Below are positions 63,048 to 64,000 of a stretch of DNA of 64,000 nt, one piece after another. A program made the translations under genes and the position numbers. The first letter of the stretch is position 1. Each line of letters starts with the position of its first letter. The stretch is from Alphaproteobacteria bacterium (GTDB taxonomy: Bacteria; Pseudomonadota; Alphaproteobacteria; UBA7985), in NCBI GenBank assembly GCA_965662775.1, contig CBFIIW010000008.1:27269-91268 (forward strand). The letters run 5' to 3'. Below the pieces are notes generated by a model. It was not told the origin of the DNA, searched no databases, and saw only the letters and a program-made list of their open reading frames with translations.

Positions 63048-64000
63048 TGCCCAACAATCTGATGGCTGTCCTGTACGTCGTGCTGGCGGTTCTGTTCTTC
63101 AATATCAATGACAGCCTGATGAAAGGGCTGTTTGTCAGCGAACCGATCTACGTGGTGATTAGCATGCGTGCACTGCTGGTCGTCGGCATTCTGACAACCT
63201 GCATTCTGGTCCTCGTGCGGGGTAACCCGCTGCTGGGCCTGCGCGACCGTGGAACTATGATCTTTGGCGCCGGCGAATGCCTGATCGCCATGCCTTATCT
63301 GACGGCACTGATGTTTCTTTCGCTTGGCGTATCCGCCGCACTTATCTTCACAGCACCGATTATCACCACAGCGCTCGGCGCCATTGTGCTCAGGGAGAAG
63401 GTTGGGCGCTACCGCTGGAGCGCCGTGGTTCTGGGATTCCTTGGCGTGCTCATGATCGCAGTGGGTGAACCACTGGCGCGGGGGTTGTTCCCAGAACTCG
63501 TCCTGCGCCTATCCGGCGTGCCGACCGACGAAAAGGCGCGTGGCCTGAGTGGCCAGCTGCAGTGGATTCTGCTCGCCCCCCTGTTCGCGGCCTTTGGCCT
63601 CTCGGTCCGCGACATGCTGGCCCGCGCCATACCGTCAAAGCTGCCAACAACCTACAATGCTACTTATGCCGCGGTCTTTGTCCTGTTATCGGCGGTGGCC
63701 AGCTTTTTTATTGTGACACCAATGTTCCCGGACGTCTTTCAACCGACAATGCAAGGGCGGAGCTACTTTGGTGTGCTCATGGGATTCAGTCCCGGGGTCT
63801 GGATCAAACTGGTTCTTTCCGCGTCATTAATCAGTGTCGCGTACTACCTATCTGCCCTCGCCCTGCGCACAGGGGAGCTGAGCCTCATCAGCCCGTTCCG
63901 CTATGTTGGTCTTCCCAGCGCGATGGTACTGGATTTCATGCTCTTTAAAGCCGTACCCCAGTGGAACGAGTACAGCGGCGCGTTAGTGATTGTGCTTGCC
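63048..64000 (+). CDS. EamA/DMT-family transporter (partial; continues past the window end)
   Basis: Translation from the ATG at 63048 reads MPNNLMAVLYVVLAVLFFNINDSLMKGLF... and then ...LGAIVLREKVGRYRWSAVVLGFLGVLMIA, a classic EamA domain. There is no stop before the window end, so it is absent from the ORF track. Confidence 0.75.

Overview
GC-rich (about 60-65%) alphaproteobacterial chromosome segment made up mostly of syntenic core genes. The minus-strand run at the start is a porin gene (5' end only; the ORF track misses it), secA, purH, rsmB and tsaD. This is followed on the plus strand by a heme-neighbourhood cluster hemD-like / alpha-Mic60 (mitofilin) / hemY-like, then the copper-chaperone pair PCu(A)C-SCO1, xylB-xylA, rplU (with its own terminator and no rpmA), obg-proB-proA-DUF1643, hslVU, and hisB-hisH-(GNAT)-hisA-hisF-hisE-HIT. 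Further along are a RodZ-like gene, hisS-prfA-prmC, DUF4167, a sigma-32-type promoter plus clpB, an M23 peptidase, rluA-family, asparaginase-II, mscS, pepA, lepA, groES/groEL with a CIRCE operator, an L,D-transpeptidase, ctaA, two OmpA-like proteins and a partial EamA transporter at the end (also missed by the ORF track). Three tRNAs are present: Ser-CGA, Met-CAT and Ser-GGA. The accessory or unusual content that I judge most worth a second look is:

- a three-ORF 'split-beta' cobalt-type nitrile hydratase (alpha with a His/Asp-rich N-terminal tail, plus beta N-half and beta C-half as separate ATGA-coupled genes; toyocamycin-nitrile-hydratase-like) lying on the 3' side of tRNA-Ser(GGA);
- a decayed defense/serotype-conversion-like islet abutting the 3' end of tRNA-Ser(CGA): GtrA-like gene, orphan membrane protein, C-terminal stump of a large restriction-modification helicase/methylase-type enzyme fused head-to-head with a DUF4357 stump;
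- a lower-GC orphan gene with a strikingly AT-rich (~260 bp) upstream region between the M23 peptidase and rluA;
- a 590-bp ORF-free gap between mscS and pepA;
- a shared GCGCATAA dyad motif upstream of two secreted-protein genes.

No CRISPR array, IS element or intact prophage was recognised.
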